DNA of 64,000 nucleotides from Azolla caroliniana (taxonomy: Eukaryota; Plantae; Polypodiophyta): NCBI GenBank assembly GCA_043228905.1, contig JBHGNT010000008.1, positions 21,762,001 through 21,826,000 on the forward strand, written 5' to 3'. A model generated the notes under the pieces. The model was not told the origin of the DNA and did no database searches. It saw only the letters and a list, made by a program, of their open reading frames with translations. Shown in pieces: positions 1-13,400 of this stretch. The translations under genes were made by a program, and so were the position numbers. Each line of letters starts with the position of its first letter. The first letter of the stretch is position 1.

Positions 1-1463
1 TGTATCAACTGGAATTCACTTTCTTTGCATCTTCTCCAGTAAATCATCCTGAACTTCCTTTTTGGAGACTGCCAACAAGTCTCCTAATGGAACCGAGACA
101 TGTTGCTTTAGAACATAATTTTCAATGAAAGAGAAAGCATCTACCTCTTGTTCCAATTCAGTTCGCATCTGGAATGTTGGAGATGACTTCTTGGATACTT
201 GTACAGGGTTTGGTTCAGCCTTTTGCATGTCCAAATTTTGCTTTTTGGATGGAGAATGAAAATCAGCCCTCTTTAGAACTCGTTCACGATCCAACTCTTC
301 ATCTCTTCTCCTCTTCTCCTCTACCATCATTCATTATTTGTGGGAAAAGTTGGATCACTCCAACCAGTCCTTTGACAACCATCTTCAATAAGAACAATAT
401 GAATAGTTGGATCTTGCTTAGGCAATTCAATTAGTCGAATAACAACCAAAGTAGAATGGAAAATAGCTTGTGCATGTCGAAGCTCTTCTTCCTCCAAGAA
501 CTTTTTCATTCCTCCTTGCCCAAAATTTGTCTTTAGTGGTTGACGAGTCACGGATGAGTGGATAAACCGATCCTTGTAGAATATGAGGTTCTTTTGCATC
601 GCCTCCTGATGCTCCGCACACTCCGATATTCGATGCTCCAAACTGTCACACCATAGGCATCAAAAATCCCTAGTCGGAAGAGTTCGTTGCACTTGTGGCT
701 GATGTTGCACCTTCGACATGGAAGAAATCTTCCACTCCATGAATTGCTTCACTAGGTCATCTACGTCACTTGGTTGTGGTTTCTCCATAGATGCCTCAAT
801 CCCTGGTCCGGTCTTCAAAGAGGAGGTCGGAGTAGCATTTCCAAGTCCCTTTGAGCCCAACCATGTTCTTCTTTTCTCATATCGACGGCAAATGGACTGA
901 ATTCGGCTCCAGTCCTCCTCTAAACCTGTTTTAGTTTCACTTGATTCCATAAGTTTTCCTAGCTCTACCCTATCCGCATAGGGAATTGAGTGAAGGAAGA
1001 GAACCACCTTCTCTGGTTCAAGCAAAGTTTGCTCCCGAACTGAGAGTTGTCGGAACTTTGCTTCAAAATCAGTAAGGGTCTCTAGAACTGACCCATGCTT
1101 CTTGTCCAACTCCATTCAAGCTTCAAATGCCCGCCGAATCATCTTGGTGGAATCAACATAATTAAAAACACCGAGCAAATCACGACGGAATGCCTCCCAT
1201 TCAACATCTTGCGTTTGAAGCTCTTCTATGATAGGAAGAACATCGGCAGCTACCACACGATGGAAGTTGGATTTCTTCAAATCAACGGGAATATTGCGAT
1301 GTAACATCTCCGCATCGAACACCTGCAAAAATCGGGTCACATCCTTTCCAGTGAATGGACCTAACTTCTCTAATACCCCATCCACAGCTCGATCTAGGTT
1401 CGGACTCCTCTCCCTCCCTGTGAGAACAACTTCTAGAATTGATTGAAGTTGTGCAGCATCCAT
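1..1463 (-). mobile_element. Decayed Ty3/Gypsy-type gag region (runs off the left edge of the window)
   Basis: Collinear minus-strand ORFs 1116-1463, 660-1115, 327-641 and 16-330. A CCHC knuckle (CLWCDSLEHRISEC) reads at ~620-660. Lies downstream of a PBS and an LTR. Confidence 0.7.
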
Positions 1464-1513
1464 GTTAGAAGAGGTAAAATCCCAAAGAACTGACTCTCCT
1501 TGCCGCCCATTTT

Positions 1514-1529
1514 CATGTCGGGTTCACCA
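1514..1529 (-). promoter_or_regulatory. Primer-binding site complementary to the tRNA-Trp 3' end
   Basis: Plus strand catgtcgggttcacca versus plant tRNA-Trp 3' end CACGTCGGGTTCACCA (recalled). It lies 2 nt from the LTR edge. Confidence 0.75.
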
Positions 1530-1531
1530 CA

Positions 1532-2217
1532 TGTCGTGTTGAAGCACGTCGCGTATAAGAGCTTGGCGTGTCTGGGCGGAACCGCTGGAGTTTTGAACCA
1601 GGAGAGTGGAAATAAGAAGATGAAATAGAAGAGTGGGAAGTCGAGCCGGAAGTATCTCAATAGTCACGAGTGGTTTGCAACCCTACCCGTGAAGACAAAA
1701 AACCTTATATCGTTCCACCTACGTAACCAAATTCAGTGTACAAACACAGATTGGAAAGCCCTCTGGAAGAGATATCCAAAGAGCTATAGACCGTAAAAAA
1801 CAGACGTCAGAATTGAGAGTTATGAAGAAAATACCGTACAACACTACTCCTCAAACGCAGACGAAGAAGAAATGCCAAAATAGGAAAAATCACTATTTCT
1901 TCGAGAGAAAAACCCTTTACAAAATAGGAATGCCAAAATAGGAAAAATCACTATTTCTTCGAGAGAAAAAACCTTTACAAAATAGGACTCTCTGATTGTT
2001 CCCCCCCCCCCCCCCCCCCCCCCATCCATGACAATAATCCTCCCCTTTTATACTAAATTGATGTCATTACATGTAGGCCACGTGGCACACACCTAGAGAA
2101 GCTTGTGCATGTGCACGATATAAAGCATGTGGGCCATGTGGCACACATGTAGAGAAACTTTGCATGTGCGTTATATGGTGCACATGAAATACATTACATG
2201 GTTTTGACTACACAACA
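1532..2217 (-). mobile_element. 5' LTR of the tRNA-Trp-primed Gypsy element
   Basis: Termini TGTCGTG...CACAACA. Contains a 58-bp tandem duplication (~1871-1988) and a poly-C run (~2000-2023). Confidence 0.7.
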
Positions 2218-2453
2218 TTTGTTCCAAAATAATGCAAATAAATCCCTAAGAACAATAATACTAAAGAACTTTGAGTCTAGAATGTAAATCAACTCCAATG
2301 AGTTGAATTAGGTGGATCTCCAAGGAGTGATGGGTCACCGAACCAAGTCGAGATGCGTGGTTGTAGTTGCGGCAAGTGTGGAATCGTGGTGGCACCAATT
2401 GGTCGTATTCCTTTATGACAACGTAGTGACGATAACTATTGATGGTGGCAATA

Positions 2454-2487
<34 letters not shown>

Positions 2488-3064
2488 CTATATAATTTTA
2501 ATTATAATAATTTAGTTGTTCAACGGTGACAACAGAAGATGGTTGACAATGTAGTGATGACAACTATTGATGGTGGCAGCAATGCAAGGATGGCAATTAT
2601 TGATGACGTGCAATGATGACGATGACAATCGACATGGTTGCGGTTGGCAACAATCGAACAATGGCGAAATGACAATGGTTGAGCAACGACAACAAGTAGT
2701 CAAGATGGCTGAGTAAGGTGGGCGGTAGTTGGGAGATAGAGGTAGACAACGGAAGATGGAGGCGGTAGTAGAAGTAGACGGAAAGGTGGTGGAGAAAGCA
2801 GGAGGAGCAAGCCTTTGTACAAATGTGAAGAGTTTCCAGGAGAGAATCTGATTCGATGACTTGTTTTACACTTAGACTTTCGCCAAAGTTCTTGTAACTT
2901 TGCATCGCAAACTCATAATTTCAAATTGAGAAATCTGACACAATCCTCGTGGTGAGGTCTTCGTGCCGATATGCAAACAATGATTTTCACAAAATAGTGA
3001 ATTAAATATTAAATATTAAAATAATTTGTAAGCAATAAATAGTAATGTGAAAGATCATGTATAC

Positions 3065-3444
3065 TGAAGGTTGTAACAGACACAACCAAACACCTGCAGA
3101 CAGTTAGGTATACATAGAGAGGGAGAGAGAAAGAGAGAGACTGAGTGAGAAGACAACAAGAAATTCTATTCCAAAAAATAATACTTTGTGTCTGTACAAA
3201 TGTGCTCAGTGAGCACCTTTTATACAAGTCCTTCCAAAGGATTGACAAGTACTTCAATGCTCATAAATGAGATAATGACACTATCGGCCTATAATATTCC
3301 TATTTACTAAAATAGGAATGTAGGCTCCTAACAATTTGTCGACCCTCGCCGATCCGGCTCCTAGCTTCTTCAGCTGATCCAGGCCTAGCCAATTGGCCTA
3401 CGTCCGATTTGACTTCCGACTGGCCCATGTTGTGTTTTTCACTC
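3065..3444 (-). mobile_element. Copia-type LTR-like segment (boundaries approximate)
   Basis: Clearly similar to 7290-7470 and, inverted, to 43500-43620 (GA-rich tract, TATA, GTGCTCAGTGAGCAC). A C-run at ~3448-3457 would be a PPT on the minus strand. Confidence 0.55.
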
Positions 3445-3644
3445 AAGACCCCCCCCCTCAAGCTCAACTTGAGGTTCCTTGTCAGCTCTAGCCAGTTCTT
3501 CGCTCCAGCTTCTCTTGGCTTCATGCCTCCTTGCTTGCGCTCCATGATCTGTTCGGTCTCATGCTCTTTGACCTGCTTGGTCAGCATGTTTGCTCCTAAG
3601 GCCCTTGATGGCCTTCTCCTTGCCCTTACGGATTTGGTGCCTTA

Positions 3645-5960
3645 AGGAGATGTTGATACTTTACCACCAACGTATGGGACATACCTCTTATGGCGTTTTG
3701 AGCCGGGTGTATCCACACCTTTTTGAAAAGGATGATAAAACAAAACTTGTTCGTGATGCATGTGAATTTGGTAAACTTACTAAAAGCTCATATGCTAGTT
3801 TAGGTCATAGGAGTTCCCATGCATTTTATGTAATGTACTTTGATGTTTGGGAACCATGTTCCACAAGTTCTATTAATGGATATCAATATTTTGTCTCTTT
3901 CATTGAGTCACTGCTTCTCTCATGTGACTTGGTTATATTTGATGAGGAAAAAGAATGACGTATTTGCTTGTTTTAAAGATTTTCATAGAGCAGTTCAAAC
4001 TCAATATAGTGCATAGTAAAAGTGTTGAGGTCTAATAATGGAATAGAGTATGCTAACATCACATTTAGGGCATACCTCTAAGATCAAGGAATACAACATG
4101 AAACTACATGCCCATATACACCACAACAAAATGGAGTAGCAGAGAGGAAGAATAGACATATTCTAGAGGTATCAAGAAGCATGATGATTTCTATGAATGT
4201 CCCAAAGCAGTTGTGGGGACATGCATTTTGACAACATTGTGTGTTTTGTAAAGGACAGTAGACCATCAATATGAAAACTTGATCCTAGAGTTGTGTAATG
4301 TGTATTTGTGGGATACTCTACCACACAAAAAGGCTATGTTTGTTGGAGTCCGGTAGAGAAGAGATTATTTGTGAGCATAGATGTTCATTTCATATAATTG
4401 ACATTGAAAATATGGGGGAAGGAGATAATGGTGAGAGGTTGCTAAAAATAGGATCAATTCCTTTGCTGATCCCTTCATCTGCTGAGAAGCAAGTGAGCGT
4501 AGGAGATAAGGAAGAAGAAGGAAAAGAAGACGAGGAACCTATATGTTTTGGGACTCAAGTTGAGGGGGAGCTAAAGGTGTATACAAGGAAGAGGAGGCAG
4601 AAAGAAGGAAATATGAACATGTCTTCAATGCCACTTGTGCCAACAAGTTCCATGTCCCGACCTGCCTCGATTTCTGAAATACCTATAGAACTCCCAAACC
4701 CAGAAATCACAGGTGATATGATTTCCTCTCCTTCTCCTATAGAGGTAGGAGGACCTCTCCCAGTAATGCAGGAGTCCCTCATGATAGTTATGGTTTTCCT
4801 CATGATATTGCTCAGTTTATCTCTTATTCTAGCATATCCGCTACACATAGAGCATTCATTGCATCATTAGGCTTTGTCACTTTACCCAAGTGTTGGCAAG
4901 TTGCTAAAGAAGATCCAAAATGGAAAGCAACCATGCAAGAAGAACTCGGAGCTCTTGAGAAGAACAAAACTTGGGAGATTGTGTCACTACCACCAGGAAA
5001 GAAGGCGGTTGGGTGCGAATGGGTGTTTACAACAAAACAAACCCTAGAGGGAAAAATAGATCCATACAAGGCACGATTGGTGGCTAAAGGATATAGTCAG
5101 ACATATGGCATGGACTACGATGAGACTTTTGCATCCTGTAGCTAAGATGAGCATTGTAGAATGCTTATTTCCTTAGTAGTGAATAAGGATTGGAAATTAC
5201 ATCAATTAGATGTAAAAAATGCATTCCTTCATGGAGAGTTGATGGAGGAAGTGTACATGGATGTCCCCCCAGGTTTTGGTACAATTCAAACTTTAGGTAA
5301 GGTTTGCTATGATACTTTCTTGGAATTGAGGTACCTCGTGGAGCAAGAGTTGTTCTATGTCAGCGAAAATATGTATTAGATCTTCTCACAGAAACTGGAA
5401 TGTTGGAGTGTAGGCCTGTAGCTTCTCCAATTGACCAAAAGATCAAGCTAATTGAACTTGCGGGAGAGAAAGTTGATCGTGAAAGGTATCAAAGATTGGT
5501 AGGTCGGCTGATTTATTTGACTACTCACACCCGTCCAAATATTTCATTTGCAGTAAGTGTGGTAAGTCGCGACATGTATGATTAGAGGAAAGATCATATG
5601 GATGCAGTGTACCATATTCTGAGATATCTCAAAGGTGCCCTAGGGAAGGGATTGATATTTAGAAAACATGGTCATTTTAACATTGAGGGCTATTGTGATT
5701 CTAATTGGGCTGGTTGTGCTGATGATAGGAAATCCACATTAGGATACTACGTGTTTGTTGGGGGCAATTTGGTCTCTTGGAAGAGTAAGAAACAGTCAGT
5801 AGTAGCAAGGTCAACAACTGATGCAGAGTATAGAGATATTGTTGTAGGAGTTGTGGAGAACTCTCCTAATAGAACTAAAGGTGAATAAAAAAAATCAGAT
5901 GATGATGTGGTGTGATAATAAGTCAACAATCAACATTGCCAACAATCCGGTACATCATGA
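3645..5960 (+). mobile_element. Decayed Ty1/Copia pol fragment (integrase-RT-RNase H)
   Basis: Motifs [60 protein letters not shown] and SWKSKKQ. Multiple stops and frameshifts. Confidence 0.9.
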
Positions 5961-7650
5961 TAGGGCTTAGGGACTTCACCGACATGTACGATCGGGTGAG
6001 GAGTGTCATCTTTGGTTTCGACAACTCCGGTTGCTCCGGCTTTTCCAAATACGAGTACCACTCTTTGTGGCTCGTCATGTGGTGAGATGATTCAGAATGA
6101 ACATACCACACTTCCTCCGATCTAGAAGTGGTCTTCTTCATCGAATTCACCTTGTGTTTCATCACAAAGGTTGGCCCTTTTTCGGTCTTACCGGTTCCGG
6201 ATCCTTCTAATCCTTTGGCGTAGTGCGAGCTTTACCAACTCCCTTGTTTGGTCTTGCCGGATCCGGATTTATCCAAATCGGCGCGCTTCTTCCAGCACTC
6301 GCTCTCCCGATGGCCTTTCTTGCCACAGTACCAACATTCCGTATCGGCTGTCGATTACCAGTTTCCGGCTCCGTCTTGACTCCCCTGACTTGTGGAGGTT
6401 CTGGAATGGCTATCAGCACTATCTTTGTGCCTCCGATTCTGCTCTTGTCAACTGCCACTATTGTGTGTCGACCCACGTCCTCCACGCTCACGGGGCCGAT
6501 CCACCTCTTTGTATAGCATCCGGCTTTCTGGTTGAGTGGTCCTCAACCCACTCTCATGGTTTTCTTCGACCATCATCATTGATTGTAAGTCGAAGAAGGA
6601 CAATGGTTTCTCCCTGGTGCAAATCGTTGTCTGGATTGGCTCGTACCAATGTGCTAGACCATTGAGACAGATCTGGACCATCTCGTCTTCGTGCACCGTC
6701 ACGTTGATGGAACCGAGCGCGTCGCAGATCTCCTTTATCTTGGTGGTGTAGTCAGTAGCCAACATGTCCCTTTGCCGGATGTTGTTGAGCTCTTGTCGGA
6801 GCTGTAACTTCCGGGCCATGGTGCTAGCGGCAAAAATCTTCTTCAGATTTTCCCAAGCTTCTTTCAGCTTTTTTGCATCCTTGATGTAGCCGAGCATCTG
6901 GTCATGCACACAGGACGCGAGGCAGTACTTGTTCCCATGCCGGGAAGTCCTTGTGTTCCAGCTCCGACGCTACTTTATTCGTTCCCTCGACATAGCTCCA
7001 GTATCCGTGTCCAAGTAGATATTGGTGCATCTTGTAAGACCAAGATGCGTAGTTATTCCTGTCGAGTTTCTCCGTCGGGAGCGAGCTTGCAATTCCTCTG
7101 TCCATTTCTTTTCTTGCCGGTCAGTTCTTTTTCGGAAGTTAGGGCTCGTCTATTGAAATCGCTTGTTGGTAGTAGATGTTCTCAACCCTCGCGCTTTGAT
7201 ACCATGAAGAGAATTGCGTGCGAAGGCTTGTAGACGAAACCGGCTTCACCGGATAGCAACAAAGAATAAGCACAGGTTTTAATGGAAAGCTTAATCACCC
7301 AGAGAGTGTATGCGGGAGAGAGAGAGAGAGAGAGCAGAACAAAAACTCTATTTCAAAATAATAACACTATGTACATGCAATGTGCTCAGTGAGCACTTTT
7401 TTACAAGTCCTTAAAAGGAGTGACAGAAGTACTGACATGTACTTCAATGCTCATACAAGCGACTGACACTGATTCCTAAAAACCTGCCTACGTACTAGGC
7501 TAGGATAATAGGCCTCTAACGGCCTACCGGTTATACTCCGATCCAACTTCTGATTCTGGATACCGATCTGGTTCTTTGATCCAAACTCCGATCCGGCTTT
7601 GGCTTATTCATCCAATCCGAATCCGGATCCGGTTGAGTTTGTTCGCTCAA
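5960..7650 (-). mobile_element. 5' part of a decayed Copia element: gag/protease, PBS(Met-i) 7192-7204, LTR from 7205
   Basis: ORFs 6902-7105 (KLDRNNYASWSYKM) and 6448-6909 (gag-like). Protease-like WYVHSESSHHMT. cgctttgatacca directly abuts TG at 7205. The right LTR boundary is approximate. Confidence 0.8.
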
Positions 7651-8525
7651 CAATACCGGACCTCAATATGCTTTGTCTTCGCATGATAGATAGGATTATT
7701 GATGAGGTGCATTGTGCCCTGTGAGTCGTAGTAGATGGTCGGCGCTGGTTGGTCAATTTGGCTCGTAGTAGAAAACTTAGCAATCAGTCGGTGCATCCAG
7801 ATCGCTTCCTTCGCTGCCTCTGATGTTGTTACGTACTCTGCCTCTGTGGTAGACAGGGTCTTGCACTCTTGAAGCTTCCACATCCAAGATATGGCATTGC
7901 CACCATAGGTGAAAACATAGCGAAGATTCAATTCTCTTTGGCCGGTCCAACCCGAAAATCGGCAAAAAGGTCACTTTCGATATTTTCGAGAAAGAATCGG
8001 AGGAAGATGTGCCGATCATTGAATCCAAATCGAACATCTGGCAAACTGCTAAAGCCGACTTGGTCAACAACTCACCAATTGAATCTGAATCAACAAGAGG
8101 TCCGATAGCCGACCCTGAATCTAATAGAAAATTGATAAGAGCCAAACAGGCTAGGATGTCAAACGACATATCCGAACCGGCCATGACACCCAAAAACTAG
8201 GCAATCACTCTCGAGGAAGAGGTGGATCAACATCAATGCAAGAGAATTTTGATAGTGAATCCCCCAACGATCTCCTCCAAGTAAAGGTTCCCAACATGCC
8301 AATCGGACATCCGATCCGATTGGAGAATTCGAACTGAATAAATCGACACCAAGGAGATCAGGACAAGTCCGAAGGCCAATAGAGTTTTATACGTTGGGCC
8401 TAGACTACATCAACAATACAGACGCAAGCGAACCTAGAACCTATGAGGAAGCCATAGTCGCGCCGGATGCTGACACATGGCTTCGAGCCATGAGATCCAA
8501 AATGGACTCCATCAAGGAAAATGAC
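7647..8525. mobile_element. Scrambled Copia fragments (minus-strand RNase H; plus-strand pre-RT linker)
   Basis: 7647-7931 encodes LSTTEAEYV...HAKTKHIEVRY. 8380-8520 resembles 25830-25960 of the Copia at 17369-27350. Confidence 0.75.
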
Positions 8526-10486
8526 ACATATTTTTTGGCTTAGGTTCATATTTTTTGTTTTTTGTATATCTTTTAAAGTAATATGCATGTTTACTTCAAA
8601 AGTAATATGCATTTTTTTTTTTTTTGGAGAGAGATTGATATTGCTGGACGAGTAATATGCTTTTTCTACCCGATTCCTCAAGCAGCGCAATGCAAAGGCA
8701 TGTCTTTTCTTCCTTGGTTTTGGTTCTCAGATCTTTATGTAGTTTTCTTGCTTAAAAATCTTTCTCTGATTGCGCTTTACTTGCTGTATGGATGAAATAT
8801 CACGTGACATGATTGTAATCTTTTATGGGTCTCATTGGCCATTTTGTTTGGGCCTTGTAGAGATATTAATATCTTTCTTTCATGTTGGTAGAGGAAAGTT
8901 TCAGTATATAGTTGAATTCCTGGATGATGTTTTCTGTGTAGAAAGTTGTGCATGCTTTATTTTGTGTGTAATTTCTATGCTGGAGAAAATAATTTATTTT
9001 CCATGCAGAAACTTACGCGTGCTTTATTGTGTAGATCATTTCTATGCTATATATATTCATAATGAAAATTCAAAAAATTGTACTGCATAGTTTGAGGGTC
9101 CTTCCCCAAGCATGAGCCAATTTCGACATGGTCTTTAATTCTTAGTTACATGTTTATAAATGCATTTACTAAATTTAGGGGAAGTTAAGCATATGAAGCA
9201 TCTATTAACTGACAATGGAAACAATCATATTATGACTGAAAATATGTGGTTTGAAAATCATGTTATGACTTGAGTAATTGGAGCCAAGGATTTTAAATCT
9301 AAGTTAGGGTGGACTACCTGTGCTTTGAACCAAATTTAAGGATCGATCTGTTTGTCTTGTAATTATGGTAAGGATATGGAGATAATCATAGAATCAAAGC
9401 TTTTAATGAAATGAGATATATCGATGTATTAATATAGGCCAAAAAAAACCTTTACCTACAACCCAAAGAAATTATGCTCAAGGCATGATGCTGTACAGCA
9501 TCAGTTGCGAATCGAAAACTAAAGGATACAACATCTGATATTTACATTTGTATATATAATCACAAAGGTTTTATTTTTCCAGGACAGCAAAGTACTAAGT
9601 AGTTTGTTCTGCTTCGACATCAAATGCTTATCTTGTTCTGTATTTCTCAGTAAATTGCTCTTCATGCTAATCCGTTAGCTACGTGTATTTTATTTTATTT
9701 ACCGAAATGATACTTGTTTTTTGCTAAACGAATAAATTAGATGTAGGGGCGATTAGTACATAATCAAGCTTGCTTTGAGTCGTAGCTACTCCTAGCTCGC
9801 TATTAGCAGTACAGCAATCAGCTCCTTCTAGCTCTCTGTTAGCAGTACAGATAGAGAAAAGCTAATGTAAACATGCATTTTACAACTCTCAAAGCTTATC
9901 AGTGTGAGAAATGGTATTGAGTTATATCGGTAGGGATATTTAAATTTGGGTAAGACACCAAAATACCGAAGGAGATAGCTGTGTTATTAGCAGTATAGAA
10001 AAGAATGTAAGCATGCAATAAAAATGGTACCGAGTTATCTTGGTAAGGATCTTTTCAGAATGGGGAAAACACAAAAGTACCTATTTGTAGTGTGAATTCA
10101 CTGCTACAGAGGTTTTTTGTGGCAATTTTGAGAGCTTAGGGTTATCCTAATTGCACATTATAGAAGAGAACAAAGCTCTAGATGGATGAGTAATAAATAA
10201 ATGACAGATAAAAAAGGATTGGGGGATACTAAATGAATGGAACCAAATCCCCAAATGTGATACAAATACACAATATATTTCTGAGCTTTTCTACTGATGC
10301 AAATTTGAACAACTTGAAATATTCGTAATGCTGATTGGCAGTTCTTATATGCAATGCAAAAATGAACTGTTGGTTTTTAGCAGTTTTTATCCCCTGGTGA
10401 TAATAAGAAGGAATGCCTTAATTTCATAAGGAAGGTACATGTAGCGTCACAAAGTCCTTTCATAGGGAATAAGTGTTTACGATTAC

Positions 10487-13400
10487 CTCTGTAAACTCCA
10501 ACTGCTGAAGAAAAATGGTGAGGTCAAGGTCCTCGCTACATGCACAATACAAACAGAGAGGTAACATGAAATGAAAGATTCCTGTTATATTCTACACATA
10601 CAATAAATTGTGTTATCAATGCGTCCAATATTGCTATACTGTATACATACCTGTCAGTCCAAGTTCCTTCTAGTCCTGAGGTATCATCCTGTTGGGGAAA
10701 AAGAAATTCTTAAAAGAAGAATAACACCGATTAAAGAAGATACATGAAAAATTTCCACACAAAAGCATGAAGAATAATATAAAGCTGAAGTAGAACCCGA
10801 GTCACCCAAACAGCAAGTGCAGGAATATAAAGGTTTCCAATTACCTCTGTAAACTCCAATAGCTGAAGAACCCTAGCAAGTTCTTGGTCAGTGCTACATC
10901 CATAAAATAAAAGCAGAGAGGTGTCATGAAAGCTTCATTGCTTTAAATTGTACACACACAATAAATGCTTAACACCAAGTCAAATGTTGCCCTGCATACC
11001 TGGTGGTCCAAATCTCTACTTGTCTTGAGATATCACCCTGTTGAGAAGAAGGAAATTCCTACACGAGGGGAATTATCCATTAAATGAGATATATAAGTTT
11101 TTTCTGTACTGAAGGATTGAGAAATATTAAAAATCTGCACTAAAATCCAAGTATCTGAAACTGCAAGTAAAGGTAATAAAGGTTTCCAATTACCTCTGTA
11201 AAGATTGCATTTTGATCATCCCCTTGTACAAATGTACCTATCACAGGTGTTGTATGTGAATTACCCTACACCATGAGATTACCAATTCAAACCCATCAAA
11301 GATGTTCACGACGATGTAATTGTGAAGGTGACAACTTTTCTGATTTCTATAAGAATGAACATGATCTTATCTTGTTTCTCAGGAAGAACCATGTTAAATG
11401 AGAGGAATTGATTTTCCTCAAATCAATGCACAACAAAAACTAGTTTCTTGCGCATTTCACAGTTTTAATCTTCCCTTTTGAGGTCTTAATGAGTAGAAAA
11501 TAACTTCAACGCAAATATGTAATTCTCAATTGATCTCATACCACATTTAACTTCTCCCAAACAAGGCAAGATCTGTTCAAGCAGCGTTGATCTGTAACAA
11601 GTAAATAAAATTGTCCACCATACTGAAACAACAAAGTGAACATCAGTTGCATGAACTTGGAAGCCCCATACAAGGAGTGAGAAATGCTCTCACATACCTC
11701 AAACATCGTGTTGAATTGATTATTTCGGGAAGAAACACAAAGCCCTTTTTGAAGACACCTAAGAAGCATAACACTTTTTGTAATCACATGCACCTAAATA
11801 AGTTTCTCTTTTTCCTTTTTACTCTCCCCCATCTTCAACATTGAGTTAACCCAAACCATTCAAGATAACTCTGCACACACCTGACAGGACATAGATAATG
11901 TGTAACATAGATAGTTTTGTACCCATGAGAATTTTGGGCTGAAGAGAGTGCATTTTCAAACTTTTTGATGATACCGTCTTCATACAGAAGGTTCAGGGTC
12001 TCGCTTGCTAACTCAATGGTAAACTCATCGTCAGCAGAAAGATCATCACCCTTTGAAAGTCTTATGGCTAGTTCAAGTTCGAATTCTTCTTGTATATCCC
12101 CTCTAGGAAAGTGTTGATGCGGATGAGACGGAACCTCTAAACTTTCTGTTGTTGGGACAAATTCAGTGTCATCATTGGAGCATAAATCAAGATGATTTGA
12201 CGGTGTAATTTGCAACTCAACAGGGTTATTGCGTGACTTATCGGTGATGATGTAGCTTAATATTTCATTCTGTATGAAAGAATGGTAGAGAACAATTACA
12301 ATTTTTACGAAATGAGGAGCAGATGCCAGAGGGTTTCATATAGATGAGAATATCCCATCACCTTAGGATCATGTAACCCTTCATGCACAAGACGAATGTC
12401 TAACAGATCAAAGAACCTAGCAGATCAAAGACAATATATTGATTGAGTGGCAAACTCCAAATCATCTATACTGCATGAGTTTAAAAGAGTATCCTCTACA
12501 CTATCCAAATTGGACATTCTTTAAGGGAAGGACTAATAAATACTCACTTCTTCAAGCAAACATCGGCTTTTAAACCAGTGGCTAAACAAGGAATCAATTC
12601 AATTGCGTGTGATATGTTTTGTTGAAGGTCTTGGACGTATTCCTTGTCTTTACCCTGTTTTGTGTATATAAATCAGTTCAGTTAAAAATTCATTTTCGAA
12701 CAAATAAGGTGTACATTTGATCACCAGAACACATGCCAAACAGAAATATCGTAATGGTGTGTTTGACTCGTTCACGACAGTTTCCCTATACTTAGAAAAA
12801 TCACGCAATGTGATAATGCAAGATAATAAACAAATTGAGGATGTAACATATGTACAGCAAGTTGAGGAAAATGGGCCCAAAAAAAGTCTACCATGAGGGG
12901 ATAGCATAATAGAATTCTGAGCCTAGTTAAAACATCTTATAGAAATATTAGTTATCTGGTGTCCCACCATCATTAGTATCTGCATCAAAACTACAACTGC
13001 AGTTTATTTTAATCCTCAGTTTTGATTCATGTTCACTCACATGTGCCAATCTATGTGCATCATCTGATGTGGATTGTAATGATTTTGAGTATGAACTTTT
13101 ACTTCCATAATCTTTTAAGGCCCTTTTTCCATCTTATTTTGCAGTTTTGTATTTTAGCTCACTGAGATTTGATTAGATTTCATATGCTACATTAATATGA
13201 TGTTTTGTTTTTTCTTTCCTTTGAAAAAGAGCAAAGGTTTACGTCTATGCTCTTTTTGGTATCATGAATCCTTTCTTCCACCAGATGAAGGAGCTTAGAC
13301 GATTCTATTTCAGTAGTGTCAGGAGGAAGGTTTAACTTATTCTGCAGCAGCAGAACATTGCCTGCAAGGGAACAAAATAATTCATCTTAGACCATGAAAC

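Noticed and set aside
8530-10480. Further MINDY exons or a separate gene
   Set aside because: Only a weak candidate mini-exon near 10081-10105; no supportable frame.
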